NCBI GenBank assembly: GCA_002189035.1
Contig: NEEC01000010.1
Span: forward strand, 372,001 to 436,000
Reading direction: 5' to 3'
From: Utricularia gibba
Lineage: Eukaryota; Plantae; Magnoliophyta
DNA: 64,000 nucleotides
Every line of letters starts with the position of its first letter. Position 1 is the stretch's first letter. Made by a program: the position numbers and the translations under genes. This document shows, one piece after another, positions 1-12,108 of the stretch. The notes beneath the pieces were generated by a model. The model saw only the letters and a list, made by a program, of their open reading frames with translations, was not told the DNA's origin and searched no databases.

Positions 1-250
1 TCCATCTACTTCCCTATAATTGTTTTTGTGTTCTCCAATGGGAGAGATATTTTCTTCTCACTCTCATCATCACAAAAATCTTCTTTTTCGTCATTTTGAG
101 ATTTGGGTGTACTTGATTCAACCTTTGTCCATATCTCCTATAACTTCACTATTCTCTTTTGGCCCCTCGAGATTTGAGTTGCTGACATATGCTGCATTGC
201 TCAAAAACGATTTAGCTCCAATTAAGAGTAAAAGATACAAACATTATCGT
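1..250. mobile_element. Degenerate Athila-type internal fragment
   Basis: 1-230 aligns by eye with 53385-53600 (ATAATTGTTTTT.GTGTTCT.CAATGGG.AGATATTTT; GCTGCATTGCTC), which lies inside an Athila internal remnant. Confidence 0.4.
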
Positions 251-1427
251 TGATCAAAAAAATGCAAAAATACATGATATAATATAAGTTTTGTAGCATA
301 ATACTTGATAAGTGATTTTGTGTCGTTCAAAAACATGTTTTTCCATTATTCTTGAGTGTTATTTTTACTTATCTTAAACTCCACTTTCTCATTATTTTCA
401 ATTAATTTTGTATCTTTCACACTACTTTAATCATTTTGGAGAGAAAGTGTATTTTATGGATTATTTTAGAGTACTTTTGGATCAATTTGAGGAGAAATCA
501 AGACCCACGAAATTTTGGACTAGATGGGTCACGAATCTCTGCCCACGAATCGGTCAAACGATGAAGATTTGGTCCAAGATTCGTGGATAAGATAGAGATA
601 TGAAGAAGACCTTCGAAGATTTAGATAGAAGATCTTATTCAAGCCTATCAAATAAGCTTAATACGAAGCCTTGGATCTACTCTCTATAAATACCTTACTC
701 TCTCAACTATTAGAGACGTCTTTGACCACTTTTCCTTTGTATTTTTCCTATTTTGTGTCTATTTTCATGTTAGAATCAAGTCTGCACGTGTAGGCGCTTG
801 CAGCTGAGGATCTGTGGTGAAACCTTGCTTGCGCAAGTCCTACGCGTGTGACTGTTTTACTATGTTTTTTTATATTTAAATTGAAGTTTGATTCTATTTT
901 TCGCAACGTTTTCTTTACCAACGTGCTCTTTCGTATCACTTAACTCGAAGGAAGTGTGAGAAAATCAAAGGTTAGCCTCAAACACCTAAAGAGAAGGGTT
1001 CAATCGGACATCGTTGGTAAGACACATTCTGTCTAATCTGTCTGCGAAGTGTGAGGTGTAGGGGTTAGATTTGGGTGTGGGGAAAACATGGGTTATCACA
1101 AGAGGTGATGCGGTTGATTCCATAATTCCACAAAACAAGGGATGGTGCTATGACGGTCACCGAATAACACTACTTTAGAATAACACCCTCATAGCTTACA
1201 CAAGAAGGTCAGTCTTCAAGGTTTGCACACACGCAAGGACAAATTTTAAGTAAGGTGGATCTTAGATCCAATGCCACTTTTTTTATTGTTTTTAAATACA
1301 AATTTTTCTTTTGTTTTCAGTCTTTTTGAATTTTTGTTTGAATAGAAAATTCTAATAACAATTCCCTTTGGATACGATCTTATTTTATTACTTCGACGGT
1401 TTCTGTGCACTTGTAGAATCGCCATCA
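251..1427 (+). mobile_element. Athila-type LTR, probably solo
   Basis: Ends with a typical Athila LTR 3' terminus (TTATTACTTCGACGG..GTGCACTTGTAGAATCGCCATCA at 1427); TATA box CTATAAATA near 685; start at TG 251 or 275 is uncertain; second copy at 4560-5285. Confidence 0.6.
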
Positions 1428-2297
1428 ATACTAATCACTCATCTATCCTAAAGCACTTAAAAATATGCGTTATCAATATCATAATTAAATGCTCATTCAA
1501 AACGATAGCATACAATTGAAAAAAAGGCGCACAACTAACTAGCCTTTTTTTTTTACATGAAATGACATTAATGAAGGTAAAACATCAAAAACTCATTTGA
1601 TTTCAGCATAATATAAATAGAAATCACGATAAAGACCCATGTTCAATTTTTGTTCAATAGAAATATAAATCATTTACCTGGATTTTTGGGATGAAGAACT
1701 CAAGCGACTTCAATCTGCGTGTGAAAACACTAAAAATCAAACTTGAGATGCTTTTTGAACCTCATTTATATTTTGGGGGGAAATTATCAAAAATCTTTAA
1801 ACACCGTCATCTTAAAATACTAAACACGAATTTTAAAATAAAACTATTCACTACCAAACATACCCTAATAAAACTATATTTTAATTTGAAGAAAATACTA
1901 AACACGAATTTTTAAAAATTAATGACTTTTAACCTCATTAAATTCACTACCAAACATACCCTAATAATCTAACACTTACAACCGAGCAATCACTTTTACC
2001 TTTTATTAATCATTGAACCGCAACTGGGTTTCGAAATCTGGTTTACCAAACGTAATTTCTCTATTGGGGCTTCATTCCAACGGGATCTTTAAACTTCAAG
2101 GCCCAACTAATCGGCCCAGTTATAACAACCAGAGTAAGGTGCATCCTTCCTTTCTTCGCTGAAGCATACATATATCATTTATCTCTGAGAAGCCAATTGT
2201 AGCCATTCATTCTACACTCTTCTGAATATTGGACTGTTGAGACTTGAAGCGAAGTCCTTGTTCTGTTTCTCTTTGCTTCTTTCAAAGGTAGCAAACA

Positions 2298-3204
2298 ATG
2301 CCCACCTTGAACTTGTTTACCAATGTCCCTGTCGATGGGTGGTTGCCTCTGATATTCTTAAAGATGCCACCAAAGCTGTTGCCAAGATAATCAGCAAGCC
2401 GGAATCGGTGAGACCCTTTATGAATCACAGCTTCTTTATCTGCAATGATGACCATTTTTCCAACGCCCGCGATGTGTTCGTTGAAATTCCTCTTCCTTTT
2501 TGCATCGTGCTTATGTGGTGATGTTCATTTATGCGATTGGAATCGTTCGGACAATCATTTAAGTTGCATGTTTGATTCTTCTGCATCACTGTATGGTTTT
2601 TGTAGTATGTCATGATCCTTGTTAACGGTGGAGTCCCAATTTCATTCGGGGGAACTGAAGAGCCCGCTGCTTATGGTGAATTGGTTTCTATTGGAGGCCT
2701 GAGTCCTAGTGTCAATGCCAAACTCAGTTCTGCTGTTGCTGATATTCTCGACACCAAGCTTTCTATACCGAGTTCCCGGTTTTATATTAAGTTTTATGAC
2801 GTTCAGGTAATCTATTCATTCTTTTTCCCTTAATATTCATGCTAAATGATCCAGAGAAACCTAGGTCAGGATTAAATGTAGTTAATGGGGCAGGAGGAAT
2901 TCAGTGTGGCTATTAATCCAATATGAAAAACGGTCACCCCATTAGAAACTTAGGTCAGTGAAAAAGATAATGCTGTGGTCTGTCATTTCACGAAGGTGGA
3001 TCTAAGAAAATGAATGAAAGCTGAGAGGTGGAAAGTATTCCACTCTGGTGATTGATCCTCATTGCCTCATCTCTTCGTTTCACGTTTTGTGTTCATGAAT
3101 CTGATAATGTAGAATCAGAATCTGGATATGGGGATTGACTAATGGTATTTTCCCTTTCTTTGATGAAGCGCCCCTTCTTTGGGTTCAACGGCTCCACATT
3201 TTGA
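2298..3204 (+). CDS. MDL1: MIF/D-dopachrome tautomerase-like protein (MDL1-like); exons 2298-2407, 2606-2806, 3169-3204; 1-bp frameshift in exon 1
   Basis: MPTLNLFTNVPVDG / VVASDILKDATKAVAKIISKPES | YVMILVNGGVPISFGGTEEPAAYGELVSIGG...RFYIKFYDVQ | RPFFGFNGSTF*. GT-AG introns; catalytic Pro2 kept; 115 aa if one G is restored at 2336-2339. Confidence 0.93.
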
Positions 3205-3719
3205 CTCCCCTGCGGGTGTGCCGCCCTCAGTTGCATGCACTGGGTAACGCATTACTTATCTATTATGTTGGTTTGGTGCTGAAATTGCTCTCCATCTAAT
3301 GTATCTCCCCACTGAGAACTAAAATTGTGAAACCCATTTACTCATACCCAACACAACCCGTTAGGGGCGGTGGAGCCCAGATTTGGTGCTGATTTGGTGA
3401 TGATAATTGATATTAAATATATGCTGTGCAATAATTAAAAAAAATGAATTTGGAATCTATTTATGACTTGTGCTCATATTTTCGTGTAGAAACAAATTAG
3501 GCTTCCATTGTTATCTTACATTCCGATTGTTTAGAAGATATTTTGTTGAATGAGTGCAAATTATTCCAAAAAAAAACTAAAGAGCAAGTTCTACACGGAT
3601 TAGATTGGCATTCAACTTCAATTCACTGGACGTGCATAAACTAATCGTGGAAATACAAAATAAAATATTTTTTTTTAAATTCAAGTATCTAAAAACACTT
3701 ATATTGTAAAGGGTTGAAA

Positions 3720-4560
3720 AGGGGTTTCTAGGCCCCGCCTTCAGGGTACACCCTACAAAGGTATCAATACCTTGTTTAAATGTATTTTTAGTATTTATTT
3801 TTCAAAATAGATGATATTTAAAAAGATTTTATAAAATAGGTGATGTTTGAATTTTATTTGATAAATAAATGATTTTTGAAATTTTATAAAAACAATATAT
3901 TTAATTATTAGTAAATATTATTAATTAAATAACAATGTAATATTTCCATGATATTTTAAAGAATTTAAACTATTCAATATATATTCAAAAAAGTTGTTTA
4001 ATACAAATAAATTAATATTGCTATGAATTTTATTAAATTAATTAAGTATTAAAGAATTTTTTAGTCATAATTATTTTGTAAGACTATTTATTTTCATTTA
4101 AATTCATAGAAAATCAATAATTAAATAATCATAATTTAATATTTTAGTAATATCATTGATTTATTAAATAAAAAAACTACATCTATCTCAATAATTTTTT
4201 ATAAACCTCATCTATTTTGATTTACATCTATAGAGGCAATGGAATCTGAAAAAATGACGATTCCTTTTATGAACTAAAGAAATGACATGTTTAGATATAC
4301 TTTTGATTTTTGGTTTATGATACAGATGGATGTTTAAAAAATGTTTGTGAAATATATAATGTTTTAGTTTTGATTTGTAAAATAAATGAGTTTTGAAATA
4401 AAAACAATATGTTTAATTATTCAATTATTAGTAAATGTTATTAATTAACTATATATTATTTCCATAATATTTTAAAATAACTTATGCTATTCAATATATA
4501 TTCAAAAAAACTGTTTAATTAATACAAATAAATTAATATTTCTATAAATATTGATAATTG
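3720..4560. repeat. AT-rich modular TIR-like DNA-transposon remnant
   Basis: AAAATAGATGAT modules; 3860-4030 is repeated at 4380-4550; 3800-3860 is an inverted match to 7480-7545. Confidence 0.45.
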
Positions 4561-5285
4561 ACTTTATATCATTTATGTTTATGTTTTTTGGTAGTCAATT
4601 AGGTTGGTTTTACATTCTTTTTATTTTAATTTCCCTATATTTTTAAATAAATTTTATATCTTTTACATCATTGTGATTTCCATGGAGGGAACTTATTTTG
4701 CACGTGTGATTGTTTTACTATATTTTTTAACATTTAATTTGAGGTTTGATTTAGTTTTTTCATGAGGTTTTCTTTATCAACATACTACTTAGTATTAATA
4801 ACTTAGGAGTGTGAGAGAATCCAAGGTTGACATCAAGCATCTAAGAAAAAAAGCTTAATCGGATATCGTTAATAAGACACATTTTATCTAATCTATCTCT
4901 AAGATATATAATGTATTGGTTAGATTTATATGTGAGGAAAATATGGGTTATTATATGAGGTGAAATGATTTTAGTAGTATAGTTGATTTTATAATCCCAC
5001 TAAATAAGAAACAGTGTTATAATGGTCATCAAATAACACTATTTTATAATAACACCTCCAAAATTTATGCAAACAAATATATTCTTAAGGTTTACACACA
5101 TTGACATAGGCGAGTTTTGAGCAAGATGTATCCTATATCCAAAGTTAATTTTTGTGTTGTTTTTTAAAACCCAATTTATCTTTTTGAGTTTTTGTTTGAA
5201 AATAAAATTTTAATAACAATTCTCTATACTTACGATCTTACTTTATTACTTCAACAATTTTAATGCATATGTAGAATTATCATCA
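4560..5285 (+). mobile_element. Degenerate 3' part of an Athila-type LTR (same family as 251-1427)
   Basis: Colinear with 720-1427; ends GTAGAATTATCATCA. Confidence 0.65.
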
Positions 5286-5989
5286 AATGTTTTTATAAAA
5301 ATATATTTTCCGTCATTTTCTACATTAATCTGAGGGCAGGAGTTACAAATCAATGTTTTTACATTATTATTCATTCTAGCTCAGGAACGATCAGCTCATT
5401 TGGATGAGCATTGTTTGATTAGTCTACAAAGCTGTTTTTAGTATAGGGAGAAATCAGGAATTACAAATCAATGTGAGAAGCTGAATTGAAATGAAGGATA
5501 TTTTGTGAGCATCAAAAAAAGAAGATAAGGAGAATTGTTCTAGGCCAAAAATGGAATTACAGGTCTACTGTAATTGAAAAGTAGGATGCTGACAAGTTTG
5601 ACTGTGAGGATATGGGACTAATTGGCATGATCTGATTGCATGTATAAAAGAAAAAATAACTCAGAAAAAAAAGTGGATGATTCCAGAGGGAAGCTCTAGA
5701 GACGAACAAGAGATCTCTGTGTAGAGATTTTCTGGTAAGAACTTTCATATTTTCCAAGCGAAGAAATCGGAGGAGGAATAGTTTTAGAATGACATTAGAA
5801 CCAATCTTTAATGGCTAGAGCCCATCAGAAACAAAGACCTATCTTTTGAGGAGGAGACAATGGAAGCAATTTCACAGTGATACTAGAACTACCTCCATCT
5901 CCTTGAATAGTAGCAAAACTTTTCAAAGCGAAGCATGATCATCCTGTTAGAGAAGAAGAATGTAACACGCGCACAAGAATTGATTTGCA

Positions 5990-6555
5990 GGATTGAATGA
6001 ACCTTTTATTTTTCTGGACAAACTTACTATCTGCACTTTCTTTCATGAACATGTTTGTGTATTCCATTTACAGCCTAAACATTAACCTTGTTGCAATGTA
6101 TGCCATGCCTCAACATGCCTTCTTTGTCATTTTCATATTTAATGCATGAATTAGAACAATTAATGGAGCATGATAGGTTTTTATTTTAAGCATGGTTTAT
6201 TTTTCGGATTAGTGAAATGTTTACTTTTCAATTTTCAGAAATGCTGATCCATTCATTTTGTTGTCTATTTTTAGTGTAGAAACAATCTTAAGAATTTTAC
6301 TAATTTATTTAGAGTGGAAACTAATTTCCTGAAAAAACCCCCTACTTAATCTCGCTTATACATAAAACTTACATTTGAAAACGGTTTCTTCCTTGTGGAT
6401 TGATCTGGATTTGTTACTATTACATTATTTTCTTTTTTAATGAGATATACATTGTTTGCTTAGTTTAATAAATATCTTTTGATGTAGAAAACCTTTAGAT
6501 ATGATATACCTTTAGAATTTTCCATCAATCGAAATATCATCATTGCCGGGGAGCT
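5990..6555 (+). mobile_element. Athila LTR 3' remnant with partial primer-binding site (PBS)
   Basis: CCTTGTGGATTGATC..TTACTATTAC LTR-end-like motif; ..TATCATCA followed by TTGCCGGGGA (tail of the Athila PBS). Confidence 0.35.
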
Positions 6556-6607
6556 AGTGTTTTTTACACATTTGTTGTTAATATGTTTGCATTCTTTTGT
6601 AGGTGAA

Positions 6608-7075
6608 ACTAGAGGTGCGATCAGTTCAAATCAGAACCACGGTTCGAACTGAAACTGACGGTTCTAGTTTTGGTTCAAATCCACATATTTTGAATCGTGG
6701 AATCATCGGTTCTAACCCGTATGGAACTGATTAAACCGACGATTCCAAACCAAGAACTGTACGATTCGAATTAACATATTCAAAAATTTCAATACATACT
6801 TTCTAGGGACCCACATGAGACAATGTGGGTGTCTGGCAAATGATCCCACACGTACTTCCTAGACACCCACATATAGTGGTGCAACCGGTTCCGAATCATA
6901 CGGTTCCAGAGAACTGTCGGTTCCAAAACAACGGTTCACTATGGGCAACGGTTCCGGTTTGGGTTCAGAACTATATCCCTAAACCCAAAACTGAACTGAA
7001 ACCAAAATCGTATGGATGGTTTCGGTTCAAAACCGGAAATGTGATTCACACATTGAATCAGAATCGGAAATGATC
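6608..7075. mobile_element. hAT-like non-autonomous element (GGTTC/AACCG subterminal repeats)
   Basis: Dense CGGTTC/GAACCG motif clusters beginning TAGAGGTGCGATCAGTTC; no TSD resolved. Confidence 0.45.
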
Positions 7076-7810
7076 AGTTACTATTTGAATGTGTTTTCCA
7101 GGCACCCATATGAACTATTGTGGGTATATAGCAATGAAGTTTTTAACAATTACTAATTTTGTATATTTTAATATTATCAAATGATATATTTAACAATATT
7201 AATTTTTCGTATTTAATTGGATATACTATGTTAATTTATAAAATACTTTAGTTTAGATTACATGATAAAATACTCAATAAAATATCATTAACAGTTAATT
7301 AAAATGATAAAATTATTAGCATTTGAAATTGCATATGATAAAATTAAATTTTTTGAAATAAATACAATAACATTACAAATTATATAAAACAAATAAAGTT
7401 ATTATTTATGTATTTATTTTTTAGAATGAATATTTTATATAGTTATTTTATATAATCTCTTATAAATATTATGTATTTTCTAAATTAAAATCAAAACATC
7501 ATCTATTTCATTAAATTTTTCCAAACTTCATCTATTTTGGAAACCGGAAGTAAAAAGGATTCAATAGATTTGATATACAAAATTAATATCACACATTTCC
7601 CATATATTTTGTGGAATTGTTTCTAGACACCCTTGACAATTGTAAAGGGTGTTTAGAGAAGAATTTAGGCATCCTTAAGAATGGATCAGAGTATCTTGAA
7701 ATTCGACAACCACAACCCAAGACACACTGCCTAGACACACTTTACATAGCTTATGCGTGTCTATAAGTGATCAAAGGTACCCTTAGAAATCATTATGAGT
7801 GCCTCGGAAT
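6803..7810. repeat. Cluster of 32-bp imperfect palindromes (TAGRCACCC..N..GGGTGYCTA) plus an AT-rich TIR-like tract; probable MULE end
   Basis: Examples: TAGACACCCTTGACAATTGTAAAGGGTGTTTA (7623-7654) and TAGGGACCCACATGAGACAATGTGGGTGTCTG (6805-6836); further copies near 7097, 7730 and 7775. Confidence 0.6.
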
Positions 7811-7980
7811 TAATCTTGAGGATCACTATTTGCTAGAGCATATTTCACACAATGAAAATGAGAATTTAATGAATTTAATCCTAACAACAACATTATTGTC
7901 TTTTATAAAAAAAAAGTCAACAACAAAAGTATTTCAAGTACAACATAATTGTTCACAAGAATTAATATTAGAAGTTGTCT

Positions 7981-9030
7981 CTAATTATCTCGAAGACATG
8001 CATAATACTCCCATAAGACATGTCCCTCACGTATAGGAGGCTGTCCTATTCAGTTTTTATTAACATAGCTTGGAACATCATGAGCAAATTGTAACCCTTC
8101 AAGGAACGTCCGCATCTCAACTTCAACATTTAATAATGAATCATCTCTATTAGTATGAAAAAAAAAGCATTATTTCGTAAAAATTTTAGGGTTAGTATTC
8201 ATATATAACAAAGTGTATGCTATAAGAGACTAGCCAAAATGGCTTACCAGATTTTTCATTGACTTGTAAGGTGAGTCATCAATCAATAAGGTGAGTCAAC
8301 TCGTTCATGTAGACTATGTTACTAGGATTGCTATGAACATGTACACTTGTGTTCGTAGTTATCGATTGGTCCCACACGAAAATGAGTTTATCGAATAACG
8401 AAGGTGGAAAGACCCATTTAGTGATTGCTTGCAATTGCTCCCTATAAAAGAAATCAGTTGCAAGTATTTGTGTAATTCTAAATACAAAAAAAAAAAAGAT
8501 GCAGCACACATACATGCCACGTGATGATTGTAAGGCTATATCAAAATTATCCAAACACTACCTAATAAAGTCACGAGCATATGGACGTAGAGAGATTAAA
8601 TAAATTATACCAAAAACTATCTATGATATCTTACAAAGTGTTAATGCATATAACACACCAAAATAAGTATTGTGTTAACATACCTGATCGACCACATATG
8701 ATTTTGTCTAGAGGGATTCATGACCATATCTATGAGATGTTTGGATTTTTCAAAACTCCATGGTCAATTTGAGTTTCTGATGCCCTGTATACAATGTTTG
8801 CGAGCACATCATTTATGTCCAAGATAATCAACTTTTGTTCAGGCTCAAAGACACTCAAAGAGAGTTTAGTATACACATAATGGCTCTCATACCAATCTAA
8901 CTTGTAGCAAAGCTCTTCATTCTCCTTTGTTATAAATGCAAGTTTATCATCCATATCATTGAGATCATGTGTGTGCCCATCCCTTTCAATATCATTACCA
9001 TCTTCTGTCCTCTCATCCCTAGAAACATCT
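7981..9030 (-). pseudogene. Degenerate coiled-coil + FCP1/NIF (HAD-superfamily) phosphatase-like gene, intron-containing, probably MULE cargo
   Basis: KENEELCYKLDWYE...KLIILDINDVLANIVY (8787-8834); RPYARDFIR*CLDNFDIALQSSR; KLIFVWDQS; TLLIDDSPYKSMKN; MRTFLEGLQFAHDVPSYVNKN*IGQPPIREGHVLWEYY. These follow the motif order of plant FCP1-homology proteins; stops and a deletion are present. Confidence 0.85.
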
Positions 9031-9039
9031 TAATTTCAA

Positions 9040-9062
9040 CTCCCTAGCAACGGCACCAAAAA
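9040..9062 (-). other. Athila primer-binding site
   Basis: Reverse complement TTTTTGGTGCCGTTGCTAGGGAG matches the Athila PBS consensus TTGGCGCCGTTGCCGGGGA; adjacent to the LTR end. Confidence 0.75.
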
Positions 9063-9063
9063 T

Positions 9064-9538
9064 TGGATGCGTGTTATTTCCACAACAAATTTTAAAGATT
9101 TTTAAAACTCGTAAAACACAAATGCGTCTTCATTTCAACTCCCTTTAGTCCTGCTGTGACTTGAAGTTTCTTGAAAGAAAGCTTCTATTCCGACACTAGT
9201 ATGCTAATGATTTCGCCAATCAGAAACTCTCGTGTCCCTCACGTCAAGGCGCATGATTAAGCGTTTGCAGTGTTCAAAAAATCAAGGAGATGTCAGTTTT
9301 GGAAGATGCATTTTCTTGCCATCTGCTGCCTTCTTTCTCTCACTTCCTGCCACATGTGCGCCTTTAGAAAAACTTGAAGAAAACTAGACAAAACATTAGA
9401 TAAAATACAAGATTTAGGAAAATTACCCTAAACTAGATAAAAACCTAAATCTTATATTATAAAATCCTAACTAAAAAATTCTAATCATATTTAGATATAA
9501 AAACAACCTAAATTGTAGTGAGAAAATGACACTTAACA
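9064..9538 (-). mobile_element. Short, diverged Athila LTR (TGTTAAGTGTC...CACGCATC family)
   Basis: Both termini match the 1.3-kb family LTRs; polypurine tract (PPT) TTTAAGTGTGGGGGAATA on one side (9539-9556) and PBS on the other. Confidence 0.75.
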
Positions 9539-10289
9539 TATTCCCCCACACTTAAATCATGCTTGTCCTCAAGTATGAAAACAGATAGACAATCCATAGA
9601 TATAGCAGTACCTAACGCATGATGTATGACTAAGGTAATCTATTTCTGTCTAACTGCATGTATCACCTTCTATTTCCTTCCAAACTCTTTAAATCAATTT
9701 AAAGCATGCAACTCAAACAACATAATCGGGAAAGAGACAGTTCGAGATCACTCTCAGATTTTCAAAAAGTTTGGGCCACAATGACTTATTCCTCTGCCTT
9801 TTTTTTGAATAAGGACCCCCTCTCTAAGGAAGAACTTTCTAGACTATGAAACCTTATTCGTGGTTCATAAGGAAAGATTGTGTCATCTATGGTTTCGCCA
9901 TGCAGTTCTTACCTTTGGCATCCTTTCTTTTTTAAATGAGACGTGTCACTAGATCGTGGATATACAAAAAAATTGTGAGAGCAATCCTAAACAAGTCTCA
10001 GCCCTAATGCATGTCATAAAAGCAGGAAATTAAGAGTAAGGAAAAATCTAAAAGGCTTGCTAGCAGCAAGATAAGTCTAAGCACCCTAATCATGGATCAG
10101 TTGTAGGGAATACCTAAGTATGGATGTCATCTAACTTAGGGAGCAGACTCAAAAGATAAAAAGCAAACATAGAAATAAAACATACGAAATATTGTCCAAT
10201 TACGGCAATGAAAGATAGTTCGTTCAATAGAGAAGAGCTCCTTCCCCACATTTAATTTTGAGGATGTCCTCATCATCAAACATGTTGGA

Positions 10290-11110
10290 GGTTAGCTTAG
10301 TGATGGCGCGGCATAGAGGTGATGAGGGTGTCTAGTTTGGATGACAGTGTGGTGATCTGGCACTCAGATCTTGAAGAGCAAACAGGAGGTTGCGTTACCT
10401 CAGAGGAGTCACCACATGGATCTACAATCATGTACGGTATCACGGTGGTCTTACTCTTTGTTCCCGCTTGGACACAGCACGTCCTCCAGCCTCCTTGAGG
10501 GGGCTACAGTGAAAAAGATCAACTAGGTCAAGGCATCTACCTTGGGTGTATTGGCAGTGAGATCCACATTGAGGTGCATTGAGAGCTTAGTGATGAGGGA
10601 TGCGAATGGGAGCACTTGTTCGCTTCGCAATGCCACATGATTCATGTGCGTGGTGATCCACCAGCCAAGGTTGATTGGGATCTTCTTCATCATAGCCCAA
10701 AAGAAGAACACTACCACCTTGGAGACCACATTGGTGCCTTGGCGGGTGGCAGAATAGCATCCTCCGAAATACCTATTCAAAACTAATAGCACAGGAGCCC
10801 TCAAGTGATGGGTCTTGAGTTTGGAACTGAGGAAAGGTGGCTCATAAACAAACATACAACCATAAGCACTATGAACATCGAAAGATGACAGATAATCAAT
10901 TGCAAATAATGAGTGGAAGTCAATTCATCCTCAGACACAAAACCAAGAGCGACATTGAAATCATTCACAAAAAGTTCAAAATCTTTCCCACCTTACCGAA
11001 AAGAAATGAGAGGTTCTACAATGGGATTCCCTTCAACATCATCAAAAGTAAACGTTGCGTCAAACTCAAAGAGCACTCAAAGACCGGTTTTGGAAAAACA
11101 TGAAGATCAA
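10290..11110 (-). pseudogene. Athila env-like / additional ORF remnant
   Basis: VVFFFWAMMKKIPINLGWWITTHMNHVALRSEQVLPFASLITKLSMHLNVDL fits the Athila extra-ORF pattern; it lies between integrase and the PPT. Confidence 0.7.
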
Positions 11111-12108
11111 CTTTTGAAATTCAGATGAGCTAACACAGGAGCATGTAGATGAAAAAAAACAAGATGTAGCGACTAGTTAATGCATTAAAAAGGGCCTGAG
11201 ATTTTTTTTTTGGGAAACTTGACAGTGTTCTGGAGTTGAGTCCAGGCAAGAGATTCCAACAAACGATCTCGCCAAAACTTTTGTCGCCCACGTTATCCTT
11301 TTCCATGCTTCCTATTGGTTTGGGCGGCGTTGATGGCCTGCTCTCCGTCTTGGAACGTTAGTGGTGGTCCTTCACTAGTAGCTCCTTATATTTCTGCAAT
11401 CCACAAATCCACTTCAGAATCAATGTTATCATCCTCACCTTCTCCTTCCGCATGGGTGAGCATCTACATTCAGCAGCTGGTGGGTTGGCTGCCTCTTCTT
11501 CTTCTTCTTCCTCCAAGTCGTTCAGTCCGAAATCCTCATCAGAGCTATCAGTATGGACCTTGATCGCAACAGCATCTTGCTCCAGTGTATCATCCACAAC
11601 AGGGTCAAGTGTGGCCTCTTTTTTTGGGTTGCAGCTTGCATTTCATGGGTTGCTGAAGTTCCTCGTCCTTCCACGGGAGGTACAAAATAGGAGAAAGTTC
11701 TACTAAGGGAGCAGTAGAAAATAAAAGAGAAAACTCGTAGGAGGAAGTTTCCAGTGGAGGCACAGACTAGCATTTGTGAGGTCTCGGCAAGGGTGAAGCA
11801 GAACAGCGTTTGTTCATCTGTGATGGACCTTCAATGTTGGACTTGCGTCGCCCAGCTGTGCGGGGTTTCCTAACAGGGGTACAAAGAGATGAAACAGAGG
11901 AGGTTCCCTTCATGGCTGGTTGATGTGGTGGGTTGCGAGGTTGAGGAAGAAGGTAAAATGGAAATTTTAAGAAGTGGGCGTAATGTCTTACGCAAGAGTG
12001 AGGGAAGTGGGTTAGTGGAGGAAGTAGTGGTGTGAATGGGGAAGAGGGAAGTTATGGTGAGAGAAGGGAAAGTAAAACTGTCAATTTCTATTGGTAATGA
12101 TGTGTAGG

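Noticed and set aside
270-1432. TSD ATACA/ATACT for the first LTR
   Set aside because: Works only if the LTR starts at 275 rather than 251, and it is imperfect.
1810-1970. Tourist-like MITE ends (CCAAACATACCC-TAA twice; also CCAAACGCACCC-TTA near 41640)
   Set aside because: Only one TIR orientation was found each time, so no complete element is supportable.
5540-5960. Possible LINE or gene fragment on the minus strand
   Set aside because: No diagnostic motif recognised in any frame.
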